64,000 bases of DNA from Lama guanicoe. Its lineage: Eukaryota. The stretch lies in the NCBI GenBank assembly GCA_013239625.1, contig MU054187.1, positions 21,703,280-21,767,279 on the forward strand. Direction: 5' to 3'. This document shows, one piece after another, positions 11,934-25,600 of the stretch (its first letter is position 1; every line of letters starts with the position of its first letter). The position numbers and the translations under genes are program-made. The notes under the pieces were generated by a model, which saw nothing but the letters and a program-made list of their open reading frames with translations, made no database searches and was not told where the DNA came from.

Positions 11934-14900
11934 GTGAGCGCGGGAGGCGGGGAGGGGGCGGACTTCCGAGCCCGCGGCCTCCCCCGGGAAGCCCACCCCC
12001 CTCGCCGCGTGGGTCGGGCGGCGCGGTGTGGACGCGCCCCGCGGGGACTGGGCCACCCGAGCGCAGGGGCCACGTGGCGGGCGCCCAGGCTCGGGGCGCC
12101 GGGATGGGGGAGGGCCGAGCGACCAGGCTGGCCCCGACTCGCCGCGTAACCAATGGGGCCCGGCGCGGCGCGGGGCTCTCGACAAAGAGCCCAGGAGCTC
12201 GAGCGCGCCCGCGTGGCTTCTGTCTCGGGCGCGGGGACCCGAGGGCGACCGGATCCTTGCTGCCTGCCCTGAGTCCACCTGTGGCAGAGACACAGGGGGT
12301 ATCCGGGCGGTCTGCCCGGAGACCACCTCAGGGTTGAGTTTGCTGTTGGGAATGGGTGCTTTTAGTAGGCGATTCTGCGTTTCCGTTGTTGAAAATAAAC
12401 AAACAAACAAAACCCGGTTTTGCCACCTCTTTAGGATGAAACAAGTGAAAAAAGTGAACTCTTCACAGCCCACCCGCTTAAAATAATAATAGTTAAAAGA
12501 AAAACAAAACCCCTCTTCCTTATCCGCTTCTTTTCATCATCCTGAATAATTAAGAGGGATATTTGATTTGTAACTTAATTTGGTACCTGATACAGATTTC
12601 TATAAGTGAGATTTGTCATCACGCGAGATGTTTTGTAACTTTCACCCAGAGATGGAAGTGCTCGATAAACTCTCTCCTATTTTATGAGGCCGTGTCTTTT
12701 ACTGCAGTTCAGAATTTTCAAACAACAACACGCATCAAAAGCTGTTCGGTTAAACAGTATCACTTAACCGTTCGAGGCAGGATTTGGAACGATTCCACCG
12801 CGCTGAGGAACAAGAGAGCGCGATCACTTGAATTAAAATTAAGCCAGCACACCAAGTTTAGGGACTAAAGCTTTAGAAACAAGCAAAAATTGCTGTTGAG
12901 TTAGTAGTCACTGCTTACCCCTCCTAGGCGTTACCCCTAAATCTGGGCTTACACTGAGGCTTGGTGACGGCACCTAGGGGAGTGCCGGGACTCCCTTAGC
13001 CAGCTTGAGAGTGTGACTGCAGGCTGGAGGCTATGCTTAGAGTAAACATAGCAGGAGAGCATCTTCTGGTACTCCCTGACCCAAGGCTCGCTGAGGCCAA
13101 CTTGATGTACCTCCTCTGGGTGTAACCCGGGAGGCGAGGTATGTCTTCGAATGCTCTCTTTCCCCGGGTGTGGTGGGTTGTTCAGTAAGTGATCGTTGAA
13201 TTTATCTGACTTGTTCCGTTTTATCCAAATGAGACAAGATGCACATATTTTGTATTTGGAGAAGTAGTTTCTACTATCTTCTGTTTGAAGTGTTATTCCT
13301 GGAATTTTCCCACACCTTTGGAAATTCTTGTTCTTTTTCCCTCACAGCTCTTTTTCTTTTTTTTTTTTAATACCTCCCTCTCTTCCTAAAAGTGCTTTAT
13401 GGCATATGCATATGTAGTAGTTAAAATGTTATGAACTAAAATGGATTCTGTTTAAAGTCATGAGGTCCTCAGTGAAAGCCAGGGATGCTACAAAACATAG
13501 CTGGCAAACTGCTGTTCAGAATCTGAAAGTTCATTTGTACCTGTGACTTCTAAAGGACTCAGGGAAGTTCGGGGTTTTCCAGATAAAACTGAACTCCAAG
13601 GGCTGGCTGTGGGGGCTTCTCCCGAAACTTGACTTTGAAATATGATGGAACTTTGCCCTGGGTTTCCCCTAAATTCTTTTGTCTTTCTCCTGTTTCATCT
13701 GTAGCCAGATTTTGCTCTCTAGAAGTCCCAGAGGCGGTGAATGGCAAGTGGAGTTTAATATTTCATAACAACATTGTTTCATTCATCCTGGAACTTTACT
13801 AAAAATTCAAAGGTTTTTGCAGTAATACTAGGTCTCGTTGTATAAATGACTTTTTACTCATAGAGAACGGTTTGAGTATTATTCTTTTTCACATGTATGT
13901 GAATATTATTTTATTTATTTACATGTATTTATTTATATGTGTGTAAAATCTTATGTTGTAAAAATCTTATATTGAAATCTTTCCAGTGGTGTTTCTTTTC
14001 TTTTTTTATTGGCTATTCTTTTAGAGTTTATTGTTTTATATTATGAAATAGCAGTCCTATATGAGAATTTACAGTTTATATAATCCAATGACGTTTCTTA
14101 CTGTGCACCATAGTGAAAGATCATTCAGACTTTTTTAACAGAATATGTTGAGGATGGAAACAAATACTGACAATTATAAAGTTCCTCTAATTTGAAATTA
14201 CTTAAAAAATAACAGTTTTTCTTAGATTCTTACTTGGGGGTGGTGTATTTCAGCCTAAGTTATCGGTACTTTTGAGGTATACACTTGCCCTTTTTTAAGA
14301 AGCAGTTAATGAAATGTCATTTTTGTGACTATCGTGAATATAAAACATTATACCAACCTTCACATCCAAATATCTTAGATATCCATAAAATATCCAAACT
14401 ACATAGATGCTGTTTCTTTTCTAACTTATGACACATTCTACTGGAGAGTAAGAACATGATGTTGTATCTTAGTGATGAATTTCTTCTTGGTAATTTTACT
14501 AATTGAGGACATAGCTTAACAAAGCAAGCAACTTCTAATAAAGCTGCTTTAGTGTAATTTAACAATTAGGAGGAAATAGAAACATCTTGAAAGAGGTTTG
14601 AGAAACTTATTCAGTATCTTCCTCCTACACCCCCACTGTATAGTTTACATTACAATATCATTTACAGTAGCAGGAGTGGGGGAGTTACTATCTCTATTCC
14701 AGGAAGATGACAAGTTATGTCACGGTCCTTTCTAGTGATGGGTCTGCCAGCTTGTGCTGTTAACAGCCAACGTTTATTGAGAGCTTACATCTATTAACTG
14801 ATTTTACATCTATTTTACATTTTATTAACTAATTTTATCCTCCTAACAGTGGAAATTTTGGGTTATCATTCCCTGTTTGAGAGATGAGAAAATTGATAGG

Positions 14901-15228
14901 TCAAGTATCTTGTCCAGTGTCACCCTGTAGAAAGTAACAGAGCTGTGACTTGAGACTAGACCATTTTTTTTCTTATTCTCTGTGCTTTAGTGCTTTTCAG
15001 TATTCCTAAAAAATTTTTCTTATTTAAGCTTTTCATCTGTGTGAGGGCATGGAATCTGTCTTGTAAAGATAATTTTTGTACCTCTACTCATGATGGAAGA
15101 GAAAGTATTGAGCCGCTGCACTGAAAATGAGGACGTCGATGGCAAATTCCATATTTTATCACAAATTATACTAGGGTTCTGTTTTTCTGGAACTAACAAT
15201 TCTAAGAGGTTAGGACAGTTATGACTGT

Positions 15229-15369
15229 CTAGACATTGTTTTGAAAATTCCTATTAATTTATAACTGAGTTTCTCTATTTTATTTGCCACTTTGATGCCT
15301 AGACATTGTTTTGAAAATTCCTATTAATTTATAACTGAGTTTCTCTATTTTATTTGCCACTTTGATGCC
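15229..15369. repeat. Perfect 70-bp tandem duplication
   Basis: ctagacattg...actttgatgc occurs twice head-to-tail with a period of 70. Confidence 0.95.
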
Positions 15370-15689
15370 ACCTTAAACTTTTCAAAGTATGATCAAGATT
15401 GCTTATCTCACTTTTTTTATAATTGTTGCAGTTATAAATCACCTGAATGATACCTGGATTAATACGATAAAATATTTATGGTGTTTCTGATCTCACAGAT
15501 CGCTGAGACTTATACCCATTTATGTTTAGCTAGTTAATACAAACCCTGGAAGAGATAAATATTTTAATCTAAAGCCTCAGTTTGTGACACTGAGCAAAGA
15601 TTTGATATTGCAGCTTAAAGTAAGACTTACCCTAAGGAGCGAGATCTGGTTAGGACGACCAGAACTTTAGTGCGTGCTTAAAACTTCTC

Positions 15690-16630
15690 GGGGCAGTTTC
15701 ACTTCTGAGTATATAGCCCCAGAGAATTGAAAGCAGGGTCTTGAACAGATACTTGTACACCCAGGTGCATAGCAGTGTTAACTACAATAGCTGAAATGTG
15801 GGTACAACCCAAAGGGTCCATCAACCAATGAGTGGGTATGCAAAATGTGGCCTGTACATATAATGGAATATTATTCAGCCTCAAAAAGGAAGGAAATTCT
15901 GGTACGTGCATAGATGAACCCTGAATACCTTAGGCTAGTACCTGAAAGACAAATGCTGTATGATTCCACTTACATGAAGTAACCAGAGCGGTCAGGTTCG
16001 TAGAGACAGACAGTGGAACAGGGGTTGCTGGGGGAGGGGAGAATGGGAAGCTGTGGCTTCGTGCACGTTATGGGCTGAATTGTGTTCCCTCAGAATCCAC
16101 ATGGTAGCCCCAGAGCCTCAGTGTGACTGTGTTTGGAGATAGGGACTTCAAAGAGGTGACTCAGGTTATGTAAAACAAGGCCGTTAGGATGGGTGAGCAC
16201 TAAACCACTCTGGCTGGTGTCCTTATTAGAAGAGGAAATTTGGACCCACAGACACCAGGGATGCCTACACACAGAGAAAAGCCCGTGTGAGGACACAGCG
16301 AGACGGAGACCGTCTGCAAACCAAGGAGAGAGGCTTCAGAAGAAATCAAACTCACCAACACCTTGATCTTGGACTTCAAGCCAACAAAACTTTGAGAAAA
16401 TAAATTTCTGTTGTTTGAACCACCCAGTCTGTGGTACTTTTGTTATGGCAGCCCAAGCAAACTAATACTGTGGGTACGGAGTTTCAGTTTTGCAAGATGA
16501 GAAGAGTCCTAGAGAGCGATTGCACGACAGTGTGAATGTATGTAAAACCACTGAATTGGACACATAAAAATGGCTAAGTTGGAAATTTTATGTATTGTGT
16601 AATTTACTGAGGTTTAAAAAATAGGGAAAA
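15690..16630 (+). mobile_element. L1MB-like 3' end interrupted by a MaLR LTR
   Basis: ttcacttctgagtatatagccccagagaattgaaagcagggtcttgaacagat... resumes after 16470 with gagtttcagttttgcaagatga. Confidence 0.8.
16066..16468 (+). mobile_element. MaLR LTR (MLT1B/C-like)
   Basis: gttatgggctgaattgtgttccc...tgttatggcagcccaagcaaactaatac. Confidence 0.85.
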
Positions 16631-16659
16631 AATCTTGCAACAGTGCAAGACCCTTACAT

Positions 16660-17500
16660 ACCTAATAGAATGGCAAAAATCCAAAACACTGACGCCACCA
16701 AGTGCTGACTCGAGCATGGAGCATTAGGAACTCTCGTTCACTGCTGGGGGGATGCAGAACATTACAGCAGTTTCTTAAAAAACTGAGCATACTTTTACTA
16801 TATCATCCAGCTATCACCCTAGTTGATATTTACCCAAAAGATTTGAAAACTTAAGTTCACACAAAAACCTGCACATGGATGTTCATAGCACCTTTATTCA
16901 TAACTGCCAAAACTTAGAAGCAACCAAGATGTTCTTCGGTGGGTGAGTGAATAAATAAGCTATGGTACGTCCAGAGAATGGAATACTATTCAGCGCTGAA
17001 AAAATGAGTTGTCACCATTAAAAGGTGGAGGAACCTTAAATGCATATTGCTAAGTGAGAGAAGCCAATCTGGAAAGGCTACACACTGTGTAATTCCTATG
17101 ATGTAACATTCTGGAAAAGGCAAAACTATAGAGACAGTGAAAGATCAATGGTTGCCAGGGTCTGGGGAAGATGAACAGGTGGAACCCAGAGGATGTTTAG
17201 GGCAGTGAAACAATTTTATACGATACTGAAATAGTGGGTACATGCCATAATACATTCGTTAAAACCCATAGGATGTACAACACCTATGTTGTACATATAT
17301 GTACAAAATGTACATATGTACATTTTGATGTGTCACTGTAGGTTCATCACTTGTAGTGAATGTGCCACTTTGGTGGGGGATGTTGATAGTGGAGGAGGCT
17401 ATGCATGGGTGGGGGCAGGGGGCATATGAGAAATCTCTGTATTTTTGCTCAATCTTCCCATGAACCTCAAGCTACTCTAAAAAATAAACTATTAAAAATG
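16660..17500 (+). mobile_element. L1MC-like 3' end
   Basis: gaaccttaaatgcatattgctaagtgagagaagccaatctggaaagg...ctctaaaaaataaa. Confidence 0.8.
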
Positions 17501-18069
17501 CATATATATAAAGCTTCCCTGGATATATCAATTCCAGGGTCTAACTAATAACCATCTATTAAATGCAAGATGCTTGGCTAAATGGAAAAAGACAATTCTC
17601 AGGAGACTGAAGCTTGAAGACACTAACAAAAATGATTCCTACTAGCTATTACTAAGTGATTGGCCAGATGCTTTACTTTCATTAGGGCATTCCATCCTTG
17701 TAAGAGAACTGTAAGGGAGATATTATAGCTCCATTTTGCAGATTAGGAAGTTGAGGCTTAATGAGGTTATTTGGTTACAGCTAATATCCACAGTAAAGGA
17801 GCTAAGAACCCAGATAGTCTGGTGTCAGAATTGATGCTGTTCTGAGCAAAGTGTCCCTACTTCCGAAGTTTTGGTTATAATGTAAAGAACAGGTTTTTCT
17901 AGAGAGTAACAGAAGAGAACAAGAAAAGAAGCCAGCCAGCCATGTAGTTTTTGAGTTCTGGGCAGGATAAATGGGTGTATAGCTGAGACAGTGCTAATGA
18001 GTTCTTGGTCTTCATTCTGCCGCTTACCAGCAGCGTGTCTTGGGCATAGCCCGTTTCCTTTCTATCCAA

Positions 18070-18232
18070 CGGTACTTCTCAATGTGTAGACCAAAGGTCA
18101 GATGCCGCAGCATCTCCTGGATCTGTAGGAAAATACAGATTCTAACGTCAGACCTGGGAGGGCGGGCCCTGTAGGACAGGGAAGGTGAACAGATGTTCCA
18201 GGAGATTTTGATACCTACTTCTGAGAACTGTG
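18070..18232. mobile_element. MER5A-like DNA transposon relic
   Basis: ggtacttctcaatgtgtagacc...cagcatctcctgg...aatacagattct...tgagaactg. Confidence 0.55.
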
Positions 18233-20143
18233 GGATGAACTCTCCTGCCCTCCTTTTTCCATCTTAACCATTCACGAATCAAAAAGAACGGTTCTGGTGG
18301 TAGGTGTTCATGTTCAACAAAGCTGACCCTTTGGGAGCTCAGTAAGATTGAGGAGAGCTACTCTTGAGAAAATGTTAGAGGTTAGGGAGGGAAGAAGTTC
18401 CCCTTTGATGAGCTCTGGGATGGTCTCTCTGCTCATGGCTGAGATGTAGCTTGTTAATGGCTTTTAAATCTTGCATTGCTAAGTAAGGGACCTCATTTCT
18501 CCTGCAAGTGAGTCAGCTTTGAGAGTTATTTCTATAATGGAATAAATTAAAATCCACTTTTACAGTAAAATTCCATTTTATTCTACTTACAGGCGATAGG
18601 AAAATTAAAGGCTCTTAAATTTCAGATTTAATTTTTAAAAAGAGCAAGATCAGGGCAACTATAGTTGAATCTTCATTTGTTCTGATGAATATGTTATTGA
18701 GACTTTAAAGGTAACTTAACTGACTAGAAATACACTGAGTTGCTATCTCACTTAACGGGAAAAAAAACCACACACACAGAGCTTAAAAAATCCAGAAAAA
18801 AAAAAAAACATGAGGGCATAATACACAGAAAACATCAAACGAGTAATCATTGCAGCCGGTCAGTTTCTCCAGTATGTGCATGTATTTGACTCCTTTTTCT
18901 TTTGAATAAGGTTGTTTAGATGAAAAAACCTCAAGCATCTCTTGTCTACCAGTAAACCACCAACAGAAAAGAACTCAGAAGTTTTAAATTAAGATACCCC
19001 AGGCAAAGGGAGAGAGAAAAATCAGGAGTGAAAGTACTAATTTCCAGATAAAGCCTACCTTAACATCAAGTGCAGTCAGTGGTATAAACTGATCTTGTAA
19101 GAATGAGATTATAATCCACGGATGAATCATGAGAGTCAATGTTTAAATAAGAGTTCCTCCCAGTGTGGATCATGTATACATTTGGAAGTGTGTGTATCAT
19201 GTTATGCCATTTCTTCCATATAGTAAGTATGCTATTGTAAATATTTCTTATAAAAGAAAAAATTTATTAGAAATAAGAAATTAGCATGGTAAGCATTTCT
19301 TATAAAATTGTTTTTAATGATTTTGACTTTCCCCAATTATTCCTCCATGGGTCTTCCTTAGTGTCTTAAACTTAATGTTTGTCAAAGAGAGGATTTTTTT
19401 TTCTGATTTATCTTATTAAACTTAAAGCGTATTTATTGAAGTAACATACAACTAGTAGAAAACTTAGAAAAAGATTAATATAGTCCAGAATTAAAGTTAC
19501 CCAGTATGCCTCCACCGCAAGAGACCCACTATTTTCAATTTTCAACATTTCCCCAATTTGTTACACCTTTTTATAGCTGAGATCAACCTTTTATTTTCCC
19601 AAATTATAAACTAAATTGTGACGGCCTCCACTTATATCTGTATTACCCAGAATTAACAATTGTATATAAGTTGTTTCGAGGGGTTTTTTCCATCTCATTC
19701 AGCAAATAGAAGTTACCCAGGGTGTGTTGTAGCCCCGCCCTTCAGTAGCTTTCAGCTTGTGGGGCAGAGCGAGGGATGGGACTTGGACTCGGGATGTGGG
19801 GGCACTTGCTGAGCCCTGGGGACGTGATGTGAGAGCCACTGAAGGCTTCAGGGAGCAGGTGAGAGCTGAGCTGGGGGCTGAGGGACTCAAAAAGTAGTTG
19901 ACATTGATATATGTAAAATTTAAGAATTTAAAGTCATGGTGCAACTCTGCTTAGAAGAACATCCCGTGCCTGCAGGACCCTGCTTCACTTGGGCATCCCT
20001 CCTCCCCTGCCCCTTCTAGTGCACTCGCCCCTGCACCCCTTCCATGGCTCCGGTCCGGTGGGCCTTCCAGCACCCTCCCCTGCCCTCTCCTCTCCTCCTT
20101 AGGGCTGCTGCAAAGGCCTTTCCCTCTGCCTAGAGCACATTTT

Positions 20144-20161
20144 CACACACACACACACACA

Positions 20162-20190
<29 letters not shown>
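20144..20190. repeat. Interrupted (CA)n microsatellite
   Basis: Seen directly. Confidence 0.95.
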
Positions 20191-20192
<2 letters not shown>

Positions 20193-20267
20193 AACTCACT
20201 CACTCACTTGGCTGGTCATTTCTCTAAACCCTCCAGTCTCAGTTTACGCACTTCCTCGTCCCAGCTG

Positions 20268-20742
20268 CTGTGGAGGGTAGAAGATGGCTCCTGAAAAATC
20301 CCCGAGGGCTAATTCCCAGGACCCAGGACTATGTTCAGTTATGTGACGAAGGGGAGTGAAGTTTCAAGTTGCTAATCAGCCCACGTTAAGATGGGGAGGT
20401 TTTTCTGGGTTATGCAGCTGAGCCCACTGGTAGTTACAAGGGTCTTTAAAAGTGGAGGAAGGAAGTGGGAGAGAGGGAGCCAGAGTGATGGCAGCGTGAG
20501 GAGGACTCGGCCAGGCCAGACTGCTGCTGGAGGAAGGGAGCCGCTAGCCAAGGGATGCTGCCGACTCGGGAAGCTGGAGCCAGTCTTCCCTGGAGCATCC
20601 AGAAGGAACGCACCCTTCCCTTGGTTCTAGCTCAGTGAGACTCATTTTCATTTCTGATTTACATAACTGTAAGGTAATAAATTTGAGTTGTTTTAAGTCA
20701 CTGATTTTGTGATAATTTTTGACAGCGGTAATAGAAGACTGT
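20268..20742 (+). mobile_element. MaLR LTR (MLT1D-like)
   Basis: aagttgctaatcagc...ttaagatggggagg...gacagcggtaatagaagact. Confidence 0.75.
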
Positions 20743-20899
20743 TAAAGATGCATTTCCCGACTCTTCCCCTTAATCTAAAGTGGCTAAAATTGGTTCCCGT
20801 TTATTCTTTCTCAGGAACCTCTTCTTTTCCTTAATGCCCCTTATCACACTATGGGATTATTTCTGCGTTTCCCTCTAGACCAAGGGCTCTGTGGGGCCA

Positions 20900-21700
20900 G
20901 GGACTGTCTTTGGGGTCATCAGTAGTGATCCAGCCAGTCCATCGTAAACTTTCAACAAATAGAATGGATGTGATCAGATCTGAATTAGGTGAAAAGGCCT
21001 TCCCAGCAAGGCAGCAAGTGCCAGAGCCAAGAGGCCAGAGAAATAAATGGTGCATTGGAGAAGCTATAAATCCTATGACTGTTGGATTAAGAGAATGACT
21101 GTGTTACAGGCAAGGTCACAGGCCTGAACGAGGTGGAGGCAGTGAAGTGTAAAGAAGGGGAGAGATCAGTGATGTTACACTGCCAAGGTGACAGAACTTG
21201 GGTGCTGAGGCTGTGGGAGGAGGAGGCATGGGTGACTGCCAGGTCAGTGGCCTGGTCAACTGGATGGATGGTGGTGACCTTCACTTAGAAGTTGTAAAAA
21301 AGAGGAAAAAGATCTGTAGGCAAGGTGAGCTCGGTTATGGGTGTATCTGAGATGCCTGTAGGCCACCCTTGAACACATATTCCTGTGGGAATTATGAATC
21401 TGGAGCCTAAAAAAAGAGCAGGGCTGCCGATTTGGAAATGATTGGTTTACGAAGTACGTAAGGGAGAAGATTCCGATTAGGAAGAGGGGTAAGGATGGAG
21501 CTCTGGCAAACAAACAGTCGTAGTTCAGGAGCAGCAGAGGAGGAAGAGACTGAGAAGGAGCAGCCTGAGACTCAGGAGGACCAGCCTGTGGCACTACGGC
21601 CAGGGAACAGTGTTAGGAAGGAGGGAACCACCGTCAAGGGCTGCAGAGGATACAGCAAGGTTTTGTAGTATCCATTGGGTTTAGCACCAGAGGTCCCAGG
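20900..21700 (-). mobile_element. L2 fragments
   Basis: Purine-rich degenerate L2 motifs (gatgtgatcagatctg; caactggatggatggtggtgaccttcac). Confidence 0.55.
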
Positions 21701-22209
21701 AAACATTTTTGGCATTTAGACATTTTGAATGATTTCTGCTCCTAATAATCTGTGCCAAAGAATTACTCAAAGGATTATAAACATTTAAAGCCTTTAATGG
21801 ATGTCACCAAATTGCTTTACAAAAAGGTGATGCTAATTTATTACCAGCCACCTCGCCACATCAAAAGTAGCGTAGAGTAGTGGTCAAAAATGTACACCCT
21901 GGGTTTACATCCGTGTTCAGTGGCCTTGGGCAAGTTATACACCGTGCTTTGCCCTTTTGCAAAAATGGTGACCAATAATAGCATCTACCTCGTATGGTTA
22001 TTAGGATAGGAGTTGCAAACGTGCGTCTTTACCTTTAAACAGTGCCTGGCACATAGTAGTGCTGTTTCCAAGTGTTTGTTAGATAAATGATGGAGAGAAG
22101 AAGAATCAAAGTTGGGGATTCTGATGTTTTCATGCTCTACAAATTTGAAAGGTGATGAATAATGGTATCTTTATTTTTTTAGTCAGTTTTAGAAAGCTGT
22201 TTCTATATA

Positions 22210-22660
22210 AACTTTATATATGAAGTTGTTACATACAAAAAGTGTAATTTACACACATTAAGGGCTCCCATTTAAGTGCGTAGTTCAGTGAGTTTTGACA
22301 AATGCTTGTCCCTGTAACCACCACCACAAGATGCAGAGCACTTCCATCAGCCCAGACAGCTCCCTTTTGCCTTCTCCCAGCCAATCCCCAGCCTCCCTGA
22401 CTCCCAAGCAACCACCGTGGCTCTGTTTTCTTCTCCATGAATTTAAAGCAGCTTTTCTAGAGCTTTGTGTGTTTGCACTCACACAGTACATACTCTGGGG
22501 TTAGCTGTCTTCACTCAGCATGAGGTTTTGGAGATTCACGCGTGTTGTACCTGTACCAGTAGTTCATTCCTTTCTGCCCCTGCTCGGCATTTCATCCTGT
22601 GGACATACTGCACTTTGCTTATCCATCCCCCTGCTGCTCCCAATTTGGGGCTTTTCTAAA
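22210..22660 (-). mobile_element. Old L1 (L1ME/MC-like) 3' fragment
   Basis: catacaaaaagtg...gagttttgacaaatg...ttcactcagcatgaggttttggagattcacg. Confidence 0.7.
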
Positions 22661-25600
22661 TATTCAGGCACCAATCTTAATGTAATAAACGAATGTATGC
22701 TTTTGTTATTTGAATTTTCATTTATTATTCTTTCATTAACTCATTAAAAGTTTGAAAACCTTCTCAAGAATGTTCAGTTTTTTGGTGTGAGTTCATGTTT
22801 TTGTCCATGTTTGAGTCCATGGTCCTCATGTTTTCTTTTATACAAGTTTTAATTATTGAGATAGTCAAATCTTTATCGTTTCATTTTTATTCCTTCTTGG
22901 CTTTTTTTAGAAGCTCCTGGTGAAGGAAATTTTTGACACTTGGGTGTAGATAACATGTGCATGAGTGTGTGTGTGTTTGAGACAGAGATGCCCAGTTATT
23001 TCGGGGGATTTAATCAGTTTTCAGAACAGGTTGCTGGTTACAGTTATGAAGGAAGCAAACATGAAAAGTGAGTTTTACTTAGTCCTGTTTCACATTTACT
23101 GGAACCCCTTGGCGATGTTTTAGATTTATTTTAAAACCCGTGTCTGACTAGTATATCCTTCTGGAATACGACGAGTGTTAAGTATTCTGAAACCATTGTT
23201 TATCTTTTAGATAATGAGACTTTTGTCCATAGCGGAGTTTTCTGATTAGCAAAGGGTTTATGCCTGTTAATAACATTATTTCTTATAAAAGAACATCGAA
23301 CCATTTGGATTTGAGAGATTTCCCAAATACATAGCACCTGTCTTTATCTTCTTAAATGAAAAACATCGGGCTTGGTTTTACTCTCTTGGTAACTCAAGAT
23401 CGTCATGATGAGTATTATTTTTTGTGCTCTTTGGAGGTGATAACCTCAAAGCCTTTCTAAGTATATTGGATCACTGCCATGTCCAATGGCCTCAGCTGTG
23501 TCTGCTTTGTGAGTTTTTTTTATCGTTTCTGTAGTTTCTACTCTGTCCCCGATGGCTGCGGAGGTACCTCCCCAGTGTCCCAGATGGTACATCCAGTTCT
23601 CTTGTGGACGTTGAAATTAAATAGCCCCATTGTTAGGAATCATATGAAAGAGGAGTAAATAGGATCCAAATGGGGCGAACTCTTGAAGTAGTAAAATACA
23701 CCTTCTTATATGTAGTTTTACTTTGCAGAAGTCCCTTTTCCTACTTCATGGTGCTTGACTGTGTTCTGAAGTGTTAACGTTAGTGAGTTACACCAGGTAA
23801 GTAGGGGTTCTCTGTTATGTTCCATGATACACCTTTCAAAGAATGTTTTCTTACTCCTTTAGGGGAGAAATTGGATCAATAATAGTTATAATGGTTAGTA
23901 ACGATTGTCATACTTATGATATGCAAGGCACTCTTCTGAGTGTTTAAAATATATTCATTTAATCTTCACAACAACAGTATCTGTTCCATAACAGTTCCCT
24001 TACATGCTAGCCCATGTACCTAACTTCTGTGCCAGACCACCATCAGGATGATGTAAAATGTGCAGATACAAATCCCAGTGGTAGAATAGCAGATGCATGC
24101 TCAAGTTTGCTCCTGTTCTAAAAACTTAACACTTAGGAGAAGAGAATTCCAAAGCCTGCAGTTAAGGATTTAGGCAAACAATCTCTAGAGCTTGCATTGA
24201 ATAGTTTTGAGAGTTTCAGCAGGCTTTCTCTACTTAGATACTTCATCACATTTCTCTTGGGAAATCTTTGGTGGCTTGAGTAAGAGTAAAAATGAAGTTA
24301 GTTTTTTTAAAAAAAAAACTTATGCAGAGTTTAATAACATTTTAAAAAATTAGAACAAATTTAAATCTTATACATCTAAAATTTCGAATGTAGTGGCAGT
24401 TTGTCTGGGGTAGTGAAAACACTGCAGATTTTTTTTTAGGAGAGTTCTTTGGGGTAAGGTTGCTGATTGGGAATGAAAACATTTGTGTGCTTAGTGCTCC
24501 TTCTGGAGGGAGTCCTTGTACCTCTAAGGTAAGTTATTTGTTTGGTGGGATTTAATTTCCTTACTGATTTAGTGTCTCCAACAGACCCAGTGAAAGCACA
24601 CAGCAGCCTCCGTCAGGAACTCCGCTTTTTGCCCCCACCTTCAGTAATCTCTCTTTTTTCAGTCTCTTATAACACTTTATCTCTACTTTATGGACTATTT
24701 CATTTTTTTAACCTCATTCTGCTAGTTGTTAGCTGTAATCCTGAAGCCTTAGATATGTTTACATTTTTTATTAATGCTTATTATTTTTGAATAAATAAAT
24801 AAGTGAAAATGAAGACCTTTCTGCTTTTTCAGGCCATATAATACACTCTGGATGAAACCACCTGCAGACTGATGGTATTCGAATTGCTTTTCAGGGCAGT
24901 AATATAGCTCGAGAACTTTTGACTGCTCACCACATATATTTAAAGTCTTTTAAAATTATAGAAGCCCACTGGAAAATGTTTTGCCACACATTTATTTCAT
25001 GAATATATAATTAATGCCAGATTCCACCTGATTATTCATTAGCTTTCTGAGTCTGTTTCCTATAAAACAGGGAGAATGATGCCTACTTTACAAAGCAACT
25101 GTGAGCATTAAATTAGGCAACATCTGTGAAAGATCCTGTTACACAATTAACCCATTACTGGATTATAAGTGGTTCTTCTTAACTGTGGGTTGACATCAAA
25201 CATTCTCCATATTAATTATCTTTAATAGTGTCTGAAATTAGCTAGTAATCTTATCATGAGATAAATCAATATCAGTATACCGTGAAGCACTGTTGAAAAT
25301 GAGTTCACTCAGTTTTATAAAAATTCTCATTGAAGTATTTTAGAGGCAATCTTGGTGCATCACTTAGGGTCTCTGCATTATTTTCAGCATCTCATCACTT
25401 GTGCCTGTATATATAACTAATTGATGTTTTGTAGTGTTTCTGTTGCACAGTTTTGATTGTTTTTGTTTTGTTCTGTTTTTTGGATCTGGCCCTTCTCGCT
25501 GTAATGTTAGTCTCTGAAGCGCAGTAGCTAAGACATTGAGTGCACATGTTGACAGCTGTGGTCCTGGAAGAGAGTAGAGGACCTGCTTCCCAGCTGGAGA

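Larger units (their letters stand above)
11290..12330 (+). promoter_or_regulatory. E2F5: E2F5 CpG-island promoter
   Basis: Very high GC and CpG density. ETS-like cacttcct near 11563; identical cggggagggggcgga at 11668 and 11948; CACGTG at 12071; CCAAT at 12150. Confidence 0.9.

Noticed and set aside
11246..12473. Long overlapping ORFs (363 aa on +, 303 aa on -, and others)
   Set aside because: These are stop-poor CpG-island frames with low-complexity G/R/P/A composition. The ATG at 11531 is out of the E2F5 frame and would stop in exon 2.
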